Below, piece after piece: positions 24,570 to 37,892 of a stretch of DNA of 64,000 nt (position 1 is the stretch's first letter; every line of letters starts with the position of its first letter). The DNA comes from Chiloscyllium plagiosum. Taxonomy: Eukaryota. A model generated the notes under the pieces. It did no database searches. It saw only the letters and a program-made list of their open reading frames with translations, and was not told the DNA's origin. The DNA lies in contig NC_057719.1 in assembly GCF_004010195.1 (NCBI RefSeq), forward strand, positions 48,930,723 to 48,994,722. The letters run 5' to 3'. Made by a program: the position numbers and the translations under genes.

Positions 24570-25365
24570 CATATCATTGTCAAACACTTCTGCCAACTCC
24601 AAATAGACCCCACCACCAAGAACATCTTCCCCTCCCCCACCCCTCTCAGCCTTCCGCAAGGATTGTTCCCTCCCACAGTCTTTGGTTCATGTCACCCCTG
24701 CCACTGAATCCTCAGGTATCTACCCCTGCAACCAGAAAAATGCAAAACGTGCCATACACCACATCCCTCACCTCTATCCAGGGCTGCAAACAGTCCTTCT
24801 AGGTGAGACAGAGGTTCACCTACCTCTCTTTCAACCTAGTTTACTGCATCAGGTGCTCCTGATATGGTCTTCTCTACATCGGGGAAACTGAACGTAAATT
24901 TAGGGAACGGTTCAGCAAGCATCGCAGTAAGGTCCGCAAGGGCTGACTGTACCGCCCAGTCACTGCCCATTTCAGTTCCCCCAATCACTCCCTTTCTAAC
25001 ATGACCATCCTTGGCCTCCTCCATTGCCAAAACAAACCACAGCGCCTACTGGAGGAACAGCACCTTATTTTCCACCTGGGTACCCTACTGCTCGGAGCAC
25101 TCAACAATGAGTTCTCCAATTTCAAATAACCTCCCTCCCCATTCCGCGACTCTCTTCCCAGACTCAACCCCCCTTCCACTGCTTACTGCCACCAACCAGA
25201 TTCATTCATCCCATTAACCAACCAGGTTATACCCTCTACCTGTCTTCATCTACAGTTCCCCCCATAACCACTCTCAGTCCTGAGGAAGGATTCCACCCAA
25301 AACATCAACTTCTACACCTCCTGATGCTGCCTGGCTTGCTGTGTCCTTCCAGCCTCCTGCCTGGA
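24570..25365 (+). mobile_element. Penelope-like element 3' end: GIY-YIG endonuclease plus terminal hammerhead-bearing repeat
   Basis: 24836-25129 reads LVYCIRCS*YGLLYIGETERKFRERFSKH...PVTAHFSS..HS..MTILGLLHC...LEEQHLIFHLGT...LNNEFSNFK*; CTGAGGA at 25280. Confidence 0.88.
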
Positions 25366-25419
25366 TACTACAGCCAGATATCTATAGCATGCATTGATAA
25401 AATGTTTGCACAGTTCCAG

Positions 25420-25952
25420 TTATAACATGCAAAACACAAATGATCAGGGGACAGTGGTAGTTTAGTTTAAGTTTCGTAGAATAGTTCTTTCAGTTCAAAA
25501 GAATCCTGGCAGCAATGCAGTTTGGTAGGTTTGTAGAATCTCTTGGTTGTGATGTTTCACATAAGTGCCTTGGCTGTCAGAACTGAAAAGGAAGCCAAGC
25601 TTTCAGAACTGGAAAGTAGTCTTAAAACTGTTTCAGGTGTCCTAGAGGGAAAATTGGAAAGTGTCAATTAAGTACAAAATCAAAGATTGGGATATGGATA
25701 TTGCTGCGAAACAAAGGTTGAATCTATGTATTTGCTGTTTTTGATAAGATCTTTGCAGATATATAGGGCTGTTTTGTTTTCTTTTGTGTCAGAATTTTGT
25801 ATCTCAGTGTTCACAAAACCTTAGCAGCTATGTGCACATGTTCAGTGACTAACCACCGTAGTAACCAATTGCAAAACTAAAAGAAAATCTGTCAATCCAG
25901 GTTTCATTCTGGCATCTGACTTATTGGAGTTATCTTCAGCTGGGGTCATAAC
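25420..25952. mobile_element. Possible solo LTR
   Basis: Ends ctggggtcataaca (TG..CA-type end); 5' boundary unclear. Confidence 0.25.
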
Positions 25953-26194
25953 ATGATATGGAGCATGCCTGCTGTCCTCTCTTAGAATAATATCATTCAA
26001 CTTTCTACCATCATCACTTTGTCAGCTAATCAGTAAGACTGTGTTCACCGATGCCAAAATGATGTAACTGGTACCCTTAGGACAAAATCCTACATTCTTT
26101 CCCAGCTGAAAATCAGTAGCCTTACACTCATCATGTTGTGGGCATTATGCAGGAGCACCAAGAAAAGTAAAAGAATACAGAAGGCTGTATTTTA

Positions 26195-26695
26195 TTGTGT
26201 TCAGTTCTGATCACCTCATCATAGGAATGATTTGGAAGCTTTAGAGAGAGTGCAGAGGAGATTTACCAGGATGCTGCCTAGACTAGAGGGCATGTCTTCT
26301 CAAGAAAGGTTGAGAGAGCTTCTCATTGGAGCGATGAAGGATGAGAGGTGACTTGATAGAGATGGACAAGATGTTGAGAGGCACAGATAGAATGGATAGC
26401 CAGAGACTTTTTCCTTGGGCAGAAATATCTATCACAAGGAGGCAGAATTTTAAGGTGATTGGAGGAAGACTTAGGGGAGATGTCAGAGGTAGGGTCTTTA
26501 CACAGAAAGTGGTGGGTGCATGAAATGCATTGCCAGCAGTTGTAGTAGAGTCAGATAGATTAGCAACTCTTGGATAGTCACATGGAAGATAGGACAATGA
26601 AGAGTATGTAGGTTAGTATGATCTTAAAGTAGGATAAAAGGCTGGCACAATGTCGAGGGCCAAAGGGCTGTACTGTTCGTTGTTCTACATTCTAA
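26195..26695 (+). mobile_element. CR1 LINE 3' fragment
   Basis: LERVQRRFTRMLP, MRGDLIE, FTQKVVGA; CR1 tail. Confidence 0.88.
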
Positions 26696-27215
26696 GACTG
26701 GCACAAGGGGAATGTGCAATGGCAATTTTGTCTGGAATTTTGAATGATTGCTTTGATAAAGGTTGTTAAAACTGTGGTGTTTTGTGATGCTTGTTTGTCA
26801 CAGGGGATTGAATTGTATGGAGATTAGATAGTCATTTCTACGACTGCAAATGAGACAATAGGTAAGTTTTCACCTGGTGCTTGGGTCAAGAGCGGCTACA
26901 GGAAATCCTGAAGGGGGAGCATGAACAGTCAGTAGTCTTGTTATGTATTATTACCAATTACACAGGCAAAAAGGGGGATGAAATCCTAAAAGCAAAATGT
27001 AAGAATTTTGGGAGCAAGCTAAGAAGTAGGAGCTCAATAAAGGTGATTTGAGGATTACTACCAAATTGTGTGAGCAGGAGGGATTCAGATTCCTGGGGGT
27101 TTGGGACTAGTTCTGGGGGAGGTGAGACAAATACACCTAATTAGGACCAGGACTGATGCCATGGGGTGAAGTTTTGCTCAAGTGATGATTTAAACCTCCT
27201 TGGCAGGGAGATGCA

Positions 27216-27570
27216 TGGGCAGCACAGTGGCTCACTGGTTAGCACTGCTGCCTCACAGTGTCAGGGACTTGAGTTCGATTCCAGCCTTGTACAACTGTCT
27301 ATGTGGAGTTTACACATTCTCACCATGTCTGCATGGATTTCCTCTAAGTGCTTCAGTTTCCTCCCACAATCTAAAGATGTACAGATTAGGTGAATTGGCC
27401 AAGCTAAATTGCCCATAGTGTTCAGGGATGTGTAGGCTAGGTGCATTAATCAGGGGTAAATGTAGAACAATATGATAGGGGAATGGGTATATTTGGGTTA
27501 CTCTTTGGAGCGTTGGTGTGGACTTGGGCCAAATGGCCTGTCTCTACACTGTAGAGTTTCTAGGATCTAC
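27216..27570 (+). mobile_element. HE1-like tRNA SINE inserted in CR1
   Basis: gggcagcacagtggctcactggttagc, gagttcgattcc B box, core and CR1-like tail. Confidence 0.88.
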
Positions 27571-29945
27571 GGTGAGTCAGACAAAGGGCATTCGAGGAAA
27601 AGAAGAAATGATAGAAAGAGAAATAAGAAAAGTGATAAGCAGAGTAATCAAAGGCCAGAATCAAACAAGGCCAAAGTACAAAATAATAGGAATGAAACAA
27701 AGAACTTTAAAGAAACAAGCCTTAAAACTTGTGCTTGAATACACAGAACATTTGAAATAAAGTGGATGAAATAATCATACAAATGGATGGAAGTATAAGA
27801 TATAGTTGGCATTGTGGAGACATGGTTTCAAGGTGACCAAGGATGGAAACTGAACTTGCAGAAATATTCAGTATTTATGAAAGTCAGACAAAAAGGAAAA
27901 GGTGGTGGTGTTGCATTACCTGTTAAAGAGGATATAAACACAATATTGAGGAAATATACTAGCTCAGACAATGAAGAGTGTGTGTGGGTAGAATTGAGAA
28001 ATATCAAGGGGAAAAAATATTATTGGGTTTGGTATATAGATGACCAAACCGTACTGGTGATGTTGGGAATAACATTAAACAGGAAATCAGAAATACATGT
28101 GGTAAAGGAACATGTGTTGTTATGGGTGACCTTAATATGAAATAAGTGACTCGAATTAATCGCAATACCATAGAGGAGGAACTCTTACAGTTTATATGGG
28201 ATGGTTTTCTGCAATGATACATTCTGGAACGAACAGGAGAACAGGCCATCTTAGGATGGATATTATGCATTGAGAAATAAATTGTTGATAATGTAATTGT
28301 GAGCAACCCCTTGGAAATGAGCAAGCATAATATGATAGAGTTCTTCATCAAGATGTAGAATGAGGTAGTTCATTCTGAGACTAAGGTCCTGAATCTTAAT
28401 AAGAGAAACTATGGTAGTGTGAGTCATGGATTGGTTATTATGGATTGGGAAATGTTACTGAAAGGAATGACAAAGGATAAGCAATGCCAAGCATTCAAAG
28501 AGTGAATAGATGATCTACAAAAAATAGTTTATTCCAGTCTGGTGCAAGAGTGCAAAAAAAAAGTGACCAAATCATGACTTACATGGAAGTAAGAGATATT
28601 ATTAGATTCAAAGCAGAGACATAGATATTGGCAAGAAAAAACATCAGGCCTGAGGATTGGGAACAGTTTAGAAGGCAGAAAAGGAGGAGCAAGGAATTGA
28701 TTAAAAAGGAATAAATAGTGTATGAGACTAAGCGTGCAGGGAACATAAGAACTAACTGTAAAAGTTTGTCTTGGATTGCAAAGAGAAAAAGATTGGTGAA
28801 AGCTAATATAGGTCCATTAAAGTCAGTAACAGTGAATTTGTAAATACATATCTGGTGAACTAAATTCATACTTTGCTTCTTCGGAGAGGAGACCATGAAT
28901 AATATACCAGAATTGGTAGGATCACGGGGTTTAATGAGAAGGAGAAATGGAATCAATCTGCATTAGCAGTGAAATGATTTGGAGAAATTGATGGGATTGA
29001 AAACTGATAAATCCCACACCCTGCTAATCTACCTCCCTGTACTTAAGGAAGTGGGCTATTGATAATAGGTGCACTAGTATTCATCTTCCAAAGTTCTGCA
29101 GACTCCATAACAATTCATACACTGAAGGGTAGATAATGTAACCCAAATATTTTAAAAGGGAGGTAGAGAGAAAACAGGGAATTATACACCAGGGAGCCAG
29201 ATGCTGACAGTGGGGAAGATGTTAGAGTCCTTTATCAAGGATTTTGTGGCAGACCACTGTGAAAAAAAGTGATAGAATCAGGCACAGTGATTGTGGATTA
29301 ACAAAAGGGAAATTGTGCTTGATAAATCTACTAGAACTCTTTGCAGATGCAATTAGTAGAATTGATCAAGGGAACCAGCGAATGGTGTTTTTGTTTGGAC
29401 TTTCAGAAGGCTTTCGACAAAATCCCACATATAAGATTAACATGTAAAATTAAAGTGCAAGGGATAATGGGTATTGGGTTGCGATGGATAAAAAAATTGG
29501 TTAGCAGACAGGAAACAGTAGGAATAAATGGGCTTTTTTTTCTGAATGGAAGGCAGTGACAAGTGGGATACTACAGGGATTGGTATTAGGAACCCAGCTA
29601 TTTACAATTTACCTGAATGATTTAAATGTGGGAACTAAAGGTAGTATCTCAAAATTTGCAGATGACACAAATCTGGGTGGAAGGATGAGCTATGAGGAGG
29701 ATGCAGAGATGTTGCAGTGCAATTTGGAAAGGATAAGTGAATGGTCAAATGCACGGCATATGCAGTATAATATAAATAAATGTGAGATTATCCACTTTGG
29801 TAGCAAAAATAGGAAGGCAGGTTATTATTTGAATGGATGTAAATTGAGCAAGAGGAATGTTCAACAAGACCTGGGTGTCCTTGTGCATCAGTTGCGGAAT
29901 AAAAGCACACAAGTGCAGCAGGCAATAAAGAAGGCAAACTACATC

Positions 29946-30893
29946 TTTGAAGGTTGCCACTCAGGTGGATAGAGTTTGTAAGAAGGCCTATGGAGTATTA
30001 TCGTTCATTAGCAGAGGGATTGAATTCAAGAGTCGTGAAGTGATGTTGCAGCTGTACAGGACCTTGGTTAGGCCACAGTTGGAGTACTGTGTGCAGTTCT
30101 GGTCGCCTCACTTTAGGAAAGATGTGGAAGCTTTGGAGAGGGTGCAGAGAAGATTTACCAGGATGTTGCCTGGAATGGAGAGGAAGTCGTACGAGGATAG
30201 GTTGAGAGTTCTCGGCCTTTTCTCGTTGGAACGGCGAAGGATGAGGGGTGACCAGCTCAGAATTCAAACAATAATTTGAGAAGTAACAGCTTTAAACTTT
30301 ATGGTGTACTCCAACTTACAATTATTTTCTTCATGAAGTTAACCCAACTTGTGTTTTGCTCTGGATCTGAAATCTTTTTCTTTCATCATTTGACTGTCTA
30401 GATATTTTTATTTATTAATAGAAATAACACACACTTAGTAAGTGCACTATCTTCAATAATTTTTCACAACACTTTAGAATGGGAGGGATTTCATACCCTC
30501 CCCCAAAGCAAGTTTGGAGGTGAGGGGCATTTAATCAGGCAAGAGGATGATGGCTGGAAAGTGTGCTACCTTTACACCATTGCCCTCATCAAGCCGGGAG
30601 CATGCAGGCTTCTGCTTGGCAGTCCCATCCCATCTGAAACTGAGGCACTTAAGTAAGCAATTAATGGTGGAGGGTATAGGGGAGATGTCAGGGGTGGGTT
30701 CTTTACCCAGAGAGTGGTGGGGGCATGGAATGCGCTGCCCGTGGGAGTGGTAGAGTCGGAATCATTGGCGACCTTTAAGCGGCATTTGGATAGGTACATG
30801 GATAGGTGCTTAATCTAGATTAGAAGTTCGGCACAACATCGTGGGCCGAAGGGCCTGTTCTGTGCTGTATTGTTCTATGTTCTATGTTCTATG
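29946..30893 (+). mobile_element. Younger CR1 3' fragment nested in the old CR1, itself interrupted at 30253-30666
   Basis: LYRTLVRPQLEYCVQFWSP; (gttctat)3 tail; tacatc direct repeats at 29940-29945 and 30894-30899. Confidence 0.9.
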
Positions 30894-33800
30894 TACATCA
30901 TGAGTACAGGAACATGGATGTCTTACTGCAATTATGCAGAGCAATGGTGAGGCCACACCTGGAATATCATGTGTAATTTTAGTCTCCTTATCTGAGAAAA
31001 GATGTTCTTGCTACAGAGAGAATACCGCAATTGTTTACTAAATTGATCCCTGGGAAGGCTGGATTGATGTAAGAGAAGAGATTAGGATGGTTTAGAAGAA
31101 GTGGGGGGATTTCGCAGAAACTTATAAAATTATAACAGGACTAGACATGTTAGATATAGGAAGGATGTTCCCAATGCAGGGGGAGTTTAAAGACAGGAGT
31201 CATAGTTTAAGGATGAGATCAGGAAAGAAAAATTCTTCACCCAAGGGATGGTGAGCCTGAGGAATTCATTACCACAGAAAATGGTTAAGGCTAAAACATT
31301 ATTTGTTTTCAAGAAGGAGGTGGACATAGCCTTTGTCACTAAAGGGAGCAAGGGATATAATAGGACAGTGGGATGAGGGTATTGAGCCTAATGATCTGCC
31401 TTGATCATATTGAATAACATAGAAGGCCCAAGGGGTTGGGTGGCCTACTCTATTCCTATCTTCTATGTTTCAGTGTTACTATGTCGTCAAAAAGACAATG
31501 TGGTGGTTCCCCTATACTAAATGGATGGTAAAATGTTGGACTGTTGTTGAATGGGAAAGTTGAGTTATATTCAATAGTATTATGATGAGCTGAACCAATC
31601 ATGGACAGCCCGATCAGAAAGAAAATATATCGATTGTTTTCTTCTTTCCTCTTTCTTAACTGATTTCCATATACTAGATGCTGTTATGCCCTCATTGATG
31701 ACTGTGAAGGATGCAACAGATCATGATGAATCATGACATGCTGTGGAAATGACTTTAGGTAGCAAGCATTGTTTAAACAACCCAATGGCTTGTAAATGAA
31801 TACTGTCTGCACGTGTGTTTTATACTGGAGACATGAGCCATAGGGTCAGGAGAAAGCACTTGGTCCCTAATATTCACCATCTGGTCTTTTCTATTGACTC
31901 AAATACTAATGGTACAGCAGATGACATGGAATAAAGGCTTTGTGATTGCTGCTTGCATGCTGGACAGTGAACTCCATGATGCTCACAGTCATATACCATC
32001 CCAACTGTACATTGAGAGAGTAGAGCACTTTACAGTCATAGTCCACCTCTGAATTTAAATCCAGCACAAGAAAAATTTCACACGTACAGTCGATGGCAGC
32101 CTGCACCATAGAAAAGCATGTTAGAGTTTAGTGAGCATTTCCTCACTGGAATGATTACATAAGGCAATGTTTCTGGTTTAGATTGTTAGAAGTGGATGGT
32201 CTCTCAACACTCTGCCTGAGTATAGCTTCCTGGTAGAGTCCCACTCTCCCTCCTCCTTCAATAAGGGGTTTGTCCTCCTGTGTCATCTTTTCTCATTCTT
32301 CCGGTCACTCTGCAGGTCCAATAGTACGGAAACTATCAGGTGCACGACTGGGAGCCAGAGGTCTGAGCAGAACCCTTGAAGTGAGTATCAAAGCCTTCAC
32401 CACAGGCCATACTATTCATTGAAGAATTCAGCAACTTAAAAAGCAGTACAAACCATCAATTACTTCTACTAAGTCAGCAACAACCAATAGAAAGCTAATT
32501 TGTACATTATCTATTATTGATAATTAAACAGGTAAACGTTGCAAGGCAAACTTATGTTTTGCTCACCGTTTGAAATGTGAATGAAAGAGCACTTTTTGAT
32601 TAATTGACATGTTATTCAGGCAAGAATCTATTTCCTCCAAAGTAAATGAAATGGAAAGGAATAGTTCCTAATTTATTCCTACATAGATACAATTTGCCTG
32701 TACATCATCCGGTGAAATTGTGAAATTCGCAATTAATCAAGTAAACTCAGGACAATAGAAAGTTTGTACATTACATTAACTCCTTCACGAGAATTCCAAC
32801 ATAAAGATTTTACTCCTTGCTCTGGAAGTGCGGTTCATCAGGTGATATCTTATTGTTTTGCATGGGTACAAAGGCACGGTGTAAAATAGCATCTGAACAT
32901 TTTTTTAAAAGTTATAATTAGAACAATAAAAATTAAGAGTACAGTTAGGAGTAAAGTGTACAATTAGGACAATTAATTGGGAACGATTCGCATGCATATC
33001 GAATATATATGATAGCTGTATATTGTAGTTGTGTCCGTGTATACAGGTAGTTTTTTTTTCAATCAAATAATAATTAACCTGCGCTCAGGGATACGAGTCT
33101 TGTTCCTTAGCAGATATCGCCTAAGGAATTAATGCAAAAGGCAACAAGGCAGGTTACGTTGGGTTTTGGGGAGCGCCTGTGCTCTAATCCTATAGTTCCA
33201 CCTAATTAATTTCTCTTCTATGGAGCAGCATTTCATGATTGTATCTTGTTTGAAGGAGATTAAGAGTCGCACACTTCATTAGCAAGGTGTAAATGATCGG
33301 CGCCCCTCTCCATCCACCTGCCTAATTGGGTTAATGAAGTGTCTCTGCGGAATATGCAGTAGAAACAAACCTCCCAATCCTCCCAGACTTGCTGCTCTGA
33401 AACATCCAATCCTACAACTGAACAAAGACTACATATCACCCAATAGAGATCGCAAGCCTTCTTTCTAAACTTGATTTAAGAGAACGTAGCTGATGTTTAC
33501 TTAAATTACTTCAAACTGCCTAATGAATACCTTGAACTGATTGCAGAGCCATTGAAATCATATTTTCTTCAAAGGCAGGATAAGATGCATCAATCTAATA
33601 GTAATTAGTATCGGTATTAAATCTGTTTTATTTGTTAAACATCCATTTGCTGTAGAATTGACGAGTGTCTCCATTTGTTCAGTATTGCATAGAGTCGCAG
33701 TAACGAACGGAAATCATATGAGAGAAACTATATTTTGAATTGAAGGAAATACTGAATATTCAAGCTAGTATCCAATAAATTCAAAATTTAAAATTAAAAC

Positions 33801-36800
33801 GTATGTAATATGTCATAACTAAACGGTCCTGATCAATACCAATGTTAGATTTAAAGAAAATGATTTTGCACTGAATTAAATATCAAATACAGTAACATGT
33901 TGCTGTGTGTCTTTCAAAAGAAATTCATGAGACCGTATGGTATTCTATTCAAAGTATTATGGCTAAAACAATATAGTTCAGATGACCCCTCCCTCTATGT
34001 AGAACACTACAGTCAGTACAAAGATAATTGTCTAATAGTAGGCAATCCGTGTAATGTTTATTGTCCAATGGGTGAAATTTCTGTTTTGACAGTTTGAATC
34101 AAAAATAATGTTTCTAGAGAAAAGAAACAAAAGCAAATTGTTTTTCCACTTTTTATTGTTTATTTAGGAAACTCAACATTCTTAGGCACAAACAACAAAT
34201 AAAACCCGGGCTCGATTAAGGACATTGGATTTAAATTGCAGTAAGCTGATAACCAAGCAGAGGGTTTTAAATCCAGTTCTTAACCGCTCCCACTTTCTGG
34301 GTGTTTAGAGAGAAAATATTTTACTATACACCATTAGAAGCTTGTAATCCGCCATCAAAGTACGTTACATCGATTTGCACCCACGGATAGGTTTTAATAG
34401 AAGCTCGTAGATTGAGTGAGTGAGAGTATGTTTGTATTGTGAAGCAGGTTTTGTTACTTTCGGGGCGTATGCTGTACACTTCCAAAACCTGATCAGTCGA
34501 GGGATTTTCTAAGTGAGTTCAGCACAACACCATCCTGCTCAGGAATGAACATCAATTCTCTAGAATGTAAGCTGTTCTGTCCTAAATTCTAATGTCTCCA
34601 AATGATGTGGGTTGTGTTAGAAATCGGGGCATTTTCCCCTTTGGTTTGATGGGCAAACGAGGACATTTGGTGAGACAAGTCACTTGGATCTCAATTTATG
34701 GGGATGTGCGAGGGTGGGGTTGCTGAGGCACAGTACATCTACAGGAGGACGATCTTTAGCAGAAAATGACAACACTGACCGTGTCCAGCGGAAAGGTCTG
34801 GGATAGTGAATCCTTGCACCCAGAAAGTTCCTGGTGATGCGTCCAGAAAGGCCACCTAAATCGCCAGATTACCGTTTGGACAGACAGAATTGGTGTCACT
34901 CATTTAAAATCGATTTTTTTTTTAAAACTGGTAATGCTAAAATGCTATTGAATTTATTCTGACCAATTTGTAGCGTCAGTTTAATCGTTTGCAGTGTGTT
35001 AAAAGTCGCAGTTATGATTATAATTAGACATATCGCCCCAGAAAACCCCGTTTATTTTTGCTATTAGAGGATACATGTTAAAGCAAGTGGGATATTATGC
35101 TCACTCACGGCCTGTGAGGATATTAAAGGTACTAGGTGGTTTAACCTGAATGTCGGAACGCCTCGTCCTTTCCAATCCCTTTTAAACCGCAAACTCGATT
35201 AAGGATCAGTATTTTCTGGTCTCGGAAACCAACATTCATATCCTTTTTCAGTTTGTACAATGCATTGCGAAATGTGTCATTGCTGCGCTATTTAATCGTT
35301 AATGCTTTTTATAACTATTACGGAAAACAGTTTTGCAATGCATGTGTACGCCAAATTTCTGTTGTGTATCTTGAATAGAATATGTTGAATTTACTCTGGG
35401 ATTTTAAAATAAAACATGATCCAGACGATGTCAAACAAGAATCAGCTGCTCATGTCCATATTTAAAGCAATCAGGCAATGCGGCAAAGATCTACACCAGG
35501 AATTTCAAAGTTAACGGAGCGTTCCGGCAAAACAGGGGCCCGAATGGAAGCTGGAATGGACAACTCAGAATACGAAGCGGATCGGACTGGAAGTGTATCT
35601 GATTGCCAATGCTCGATAAGTGATGAATGTAGGTTGTATTAACAAATGGACGAATAGAGAATACTGGAATCTGAACATTCCGTAAAAATATCAAAACCTC
35701 AAAACGAATAAACACACTTGCTTACTAAGAATTATGTAGCATATTAAATCTAAGAACGGACGTTAAGCAACATTTTAGATTAACGGATTCATTCAGGGTA
35801 AAAATGTGTTGTGTAAGGTTATAGCTGAAAACTCAACATTTAAATGCTTGAATATTATTCGTTTGAGACACGGCCATGAACACTGAAGCAATGCAGCAAA
35901 CAAGCCTTGTCCATGTTATGAATCTATTAGTAGGCAGCAGGACTTTCATTGCAGTCGCTGTATTTCAGGATTACAAGTGATACCATCAAATCCCGAATGG
36001 GACTTCTAGTTTTTTTTAATTTAAAAATAATTGTGTCTGATAAACTCAGTTAACTATATATAAGCTATTGAAATAATGTACTTCGTGTATTGATTGCGCG
36101 TTTCTACAGGCTGGGTGGTTTTGTTCGATGAAAAAGTTGAAATTATAATTTGCTAAGTGTACTGGAACCACTTGTGGCAAATCGATACAGTGAGCAGCGG
36201 GCACCGCCCGTCAAATAGGACGGTGAGACGCCAATGCCTGTAATGTGTAGCGCAATCAGTTAGACCGAGTGCAGCTTCATCCCTCCCAGCTTTGAGAGCA
36301 CTAACCAGATTCGCAATTAGCATCCTGATCCCATTCCTGTTTGTTAATGAAGAAAAAAAAGCTTCTCGATTATGTTCTAAAGTTTTGAAGTTTAGTTGCG
36401 ATTTGGGTCAAATCATTAAAAACATCTGCAGAATGCGGCTGGTTCACATACGCAAGTCTTTTGTTTTTGGAAATGTTCAGAATAAGACCAAAATCCCCCA
36501 AAAAAGTCACCATTAAGAAGTCCTAACTGCTCACAACAGATAAGCGTTGGAGCATGTTTGTATTTTTGCAAACTGCAGTATGGCATGTGTGAGAGATCAG
36601 GGACTGTCCTGGACTGTATTGTGCACCAATTCACCTCGATGTGCCCCTAGACGCTTGTTCAAATGCCAGCGAGAGCCTTGCGTTGACTTCCCAGTTCTTT
36701 GCGTGTGTTCATTTCTGACCAATATGACTGAAGTGATCATGTTCAATATTGCGAAAAAATAAAATTAAAGAAGCAGTATTGATACTTAAAGACATCACCC

Positions 36801-37611
36801 GTTTGCAAAACGCGTCGTAATAAAGATAACCGAGAAGATGTGTCCTGAGCATCCCCCCTCCCCCCCACCCTATCTCCCCATTATATTTCAATGTTTGGTG
36901 CAATCAACAAATATCCCGTATTCAACAGTGAGTTTAATTCTTAAACTTAGGGTTGGACGTAGCGAACAGTTTGATTGCCCGTTGATGTCAATTTATTGTT
37001 CCTGTTGTTTAAACCTGTAATGTGCTTCTCCGTGGAACTTCCACCGTCTATATGTTTTACAGGAACAATTGAAGTTTATTGTTGTCTGAAAAGATGCTGA
37101 TGACCGAATCTAAATGTTTCTGCAAATGTATCGGGTGTTAATGTGAGCGGACTGTGTCCATTCATCGATAACTCTTGTCTGGTGCTGCCTTTTGTTTTGC
37201 ATCGGATAATGAAGGGAGGAGCGATCACACCTTTGAAATTGCGGTCTTGATTCCGCTCTTGGTGCTGACTGCTGCGGTGGATTTCTGGGTGTCGACCAAT
37301 AACACCTAATATAAACGGACAGATTATTTGTAGGTATCAAATTAAATATCGGCCGGTATATAGCTTACATCATATTAGCACAGTACACACTTGCATTTTC
37401 ATCGGTGTTTCCTGGTGAAAAGAAGCTAGGAGCTACGACAACATCGCAGTTCTGTGCGAATAATTCTGCTGACGGGTCACTTTGAATTCAACGACAAAAT
37501 GTAACCTCGTCAATATTGTAGATCAAGTGAAGAAGAAAAGCAACATTCAGAGTTAGATTCCATGATATACCTGTATGTATGGTCGGGATTTCCGCATTTT
37601 TTATGGCATGC

Positions 37612-37892
37612 CTACAATTTGGAAGCAGGCCATTCTGCCCATAGAGTCCACGCCAATCCTCCTATCTACCAGACCCACCCCAGTCTGTACATTCTTGGAC
37701 ATTGTAGGCAATTTAGCATGGCTAACCCACGTAACCTACGCATTTTTGAACTGTGGGAGGAAACCGGAGTACCGAGTGGGAACCCACACAGACACGGGGA
37801 GAATGTGCAAACTCCATCCAGTCACCCGAGGCTGGAATCGAATTCGCGTCCTTTGCCTTGTGAGGTAACAGTGTTAACCACTGTGCCGTCCC
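37612..37892 (-). mobile_element. HE1-like tRNA SINE inside the otx2 CpG-rich domain
   Basis: Reverse complement of the same SINE family (gagaatgtgcaaactcc, ttaaccactgtgcc). Confidence 0.85.

Larger units (their letters stand above)
26780..31480 (+). mobile_element. Old near-full-length CR1 LINE (ORF1 esterase remnant, endonuclease, RT) with nested insertions
   Basis: ORF1 SGNH-esterase-like remnant 26800-27200; EN ETWFQGDQGW, KGGGVAL; RT LDFQKAFDKIPH, KFADDT; resumes at ~30900 to its 3' end. Confidence 0.8.
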
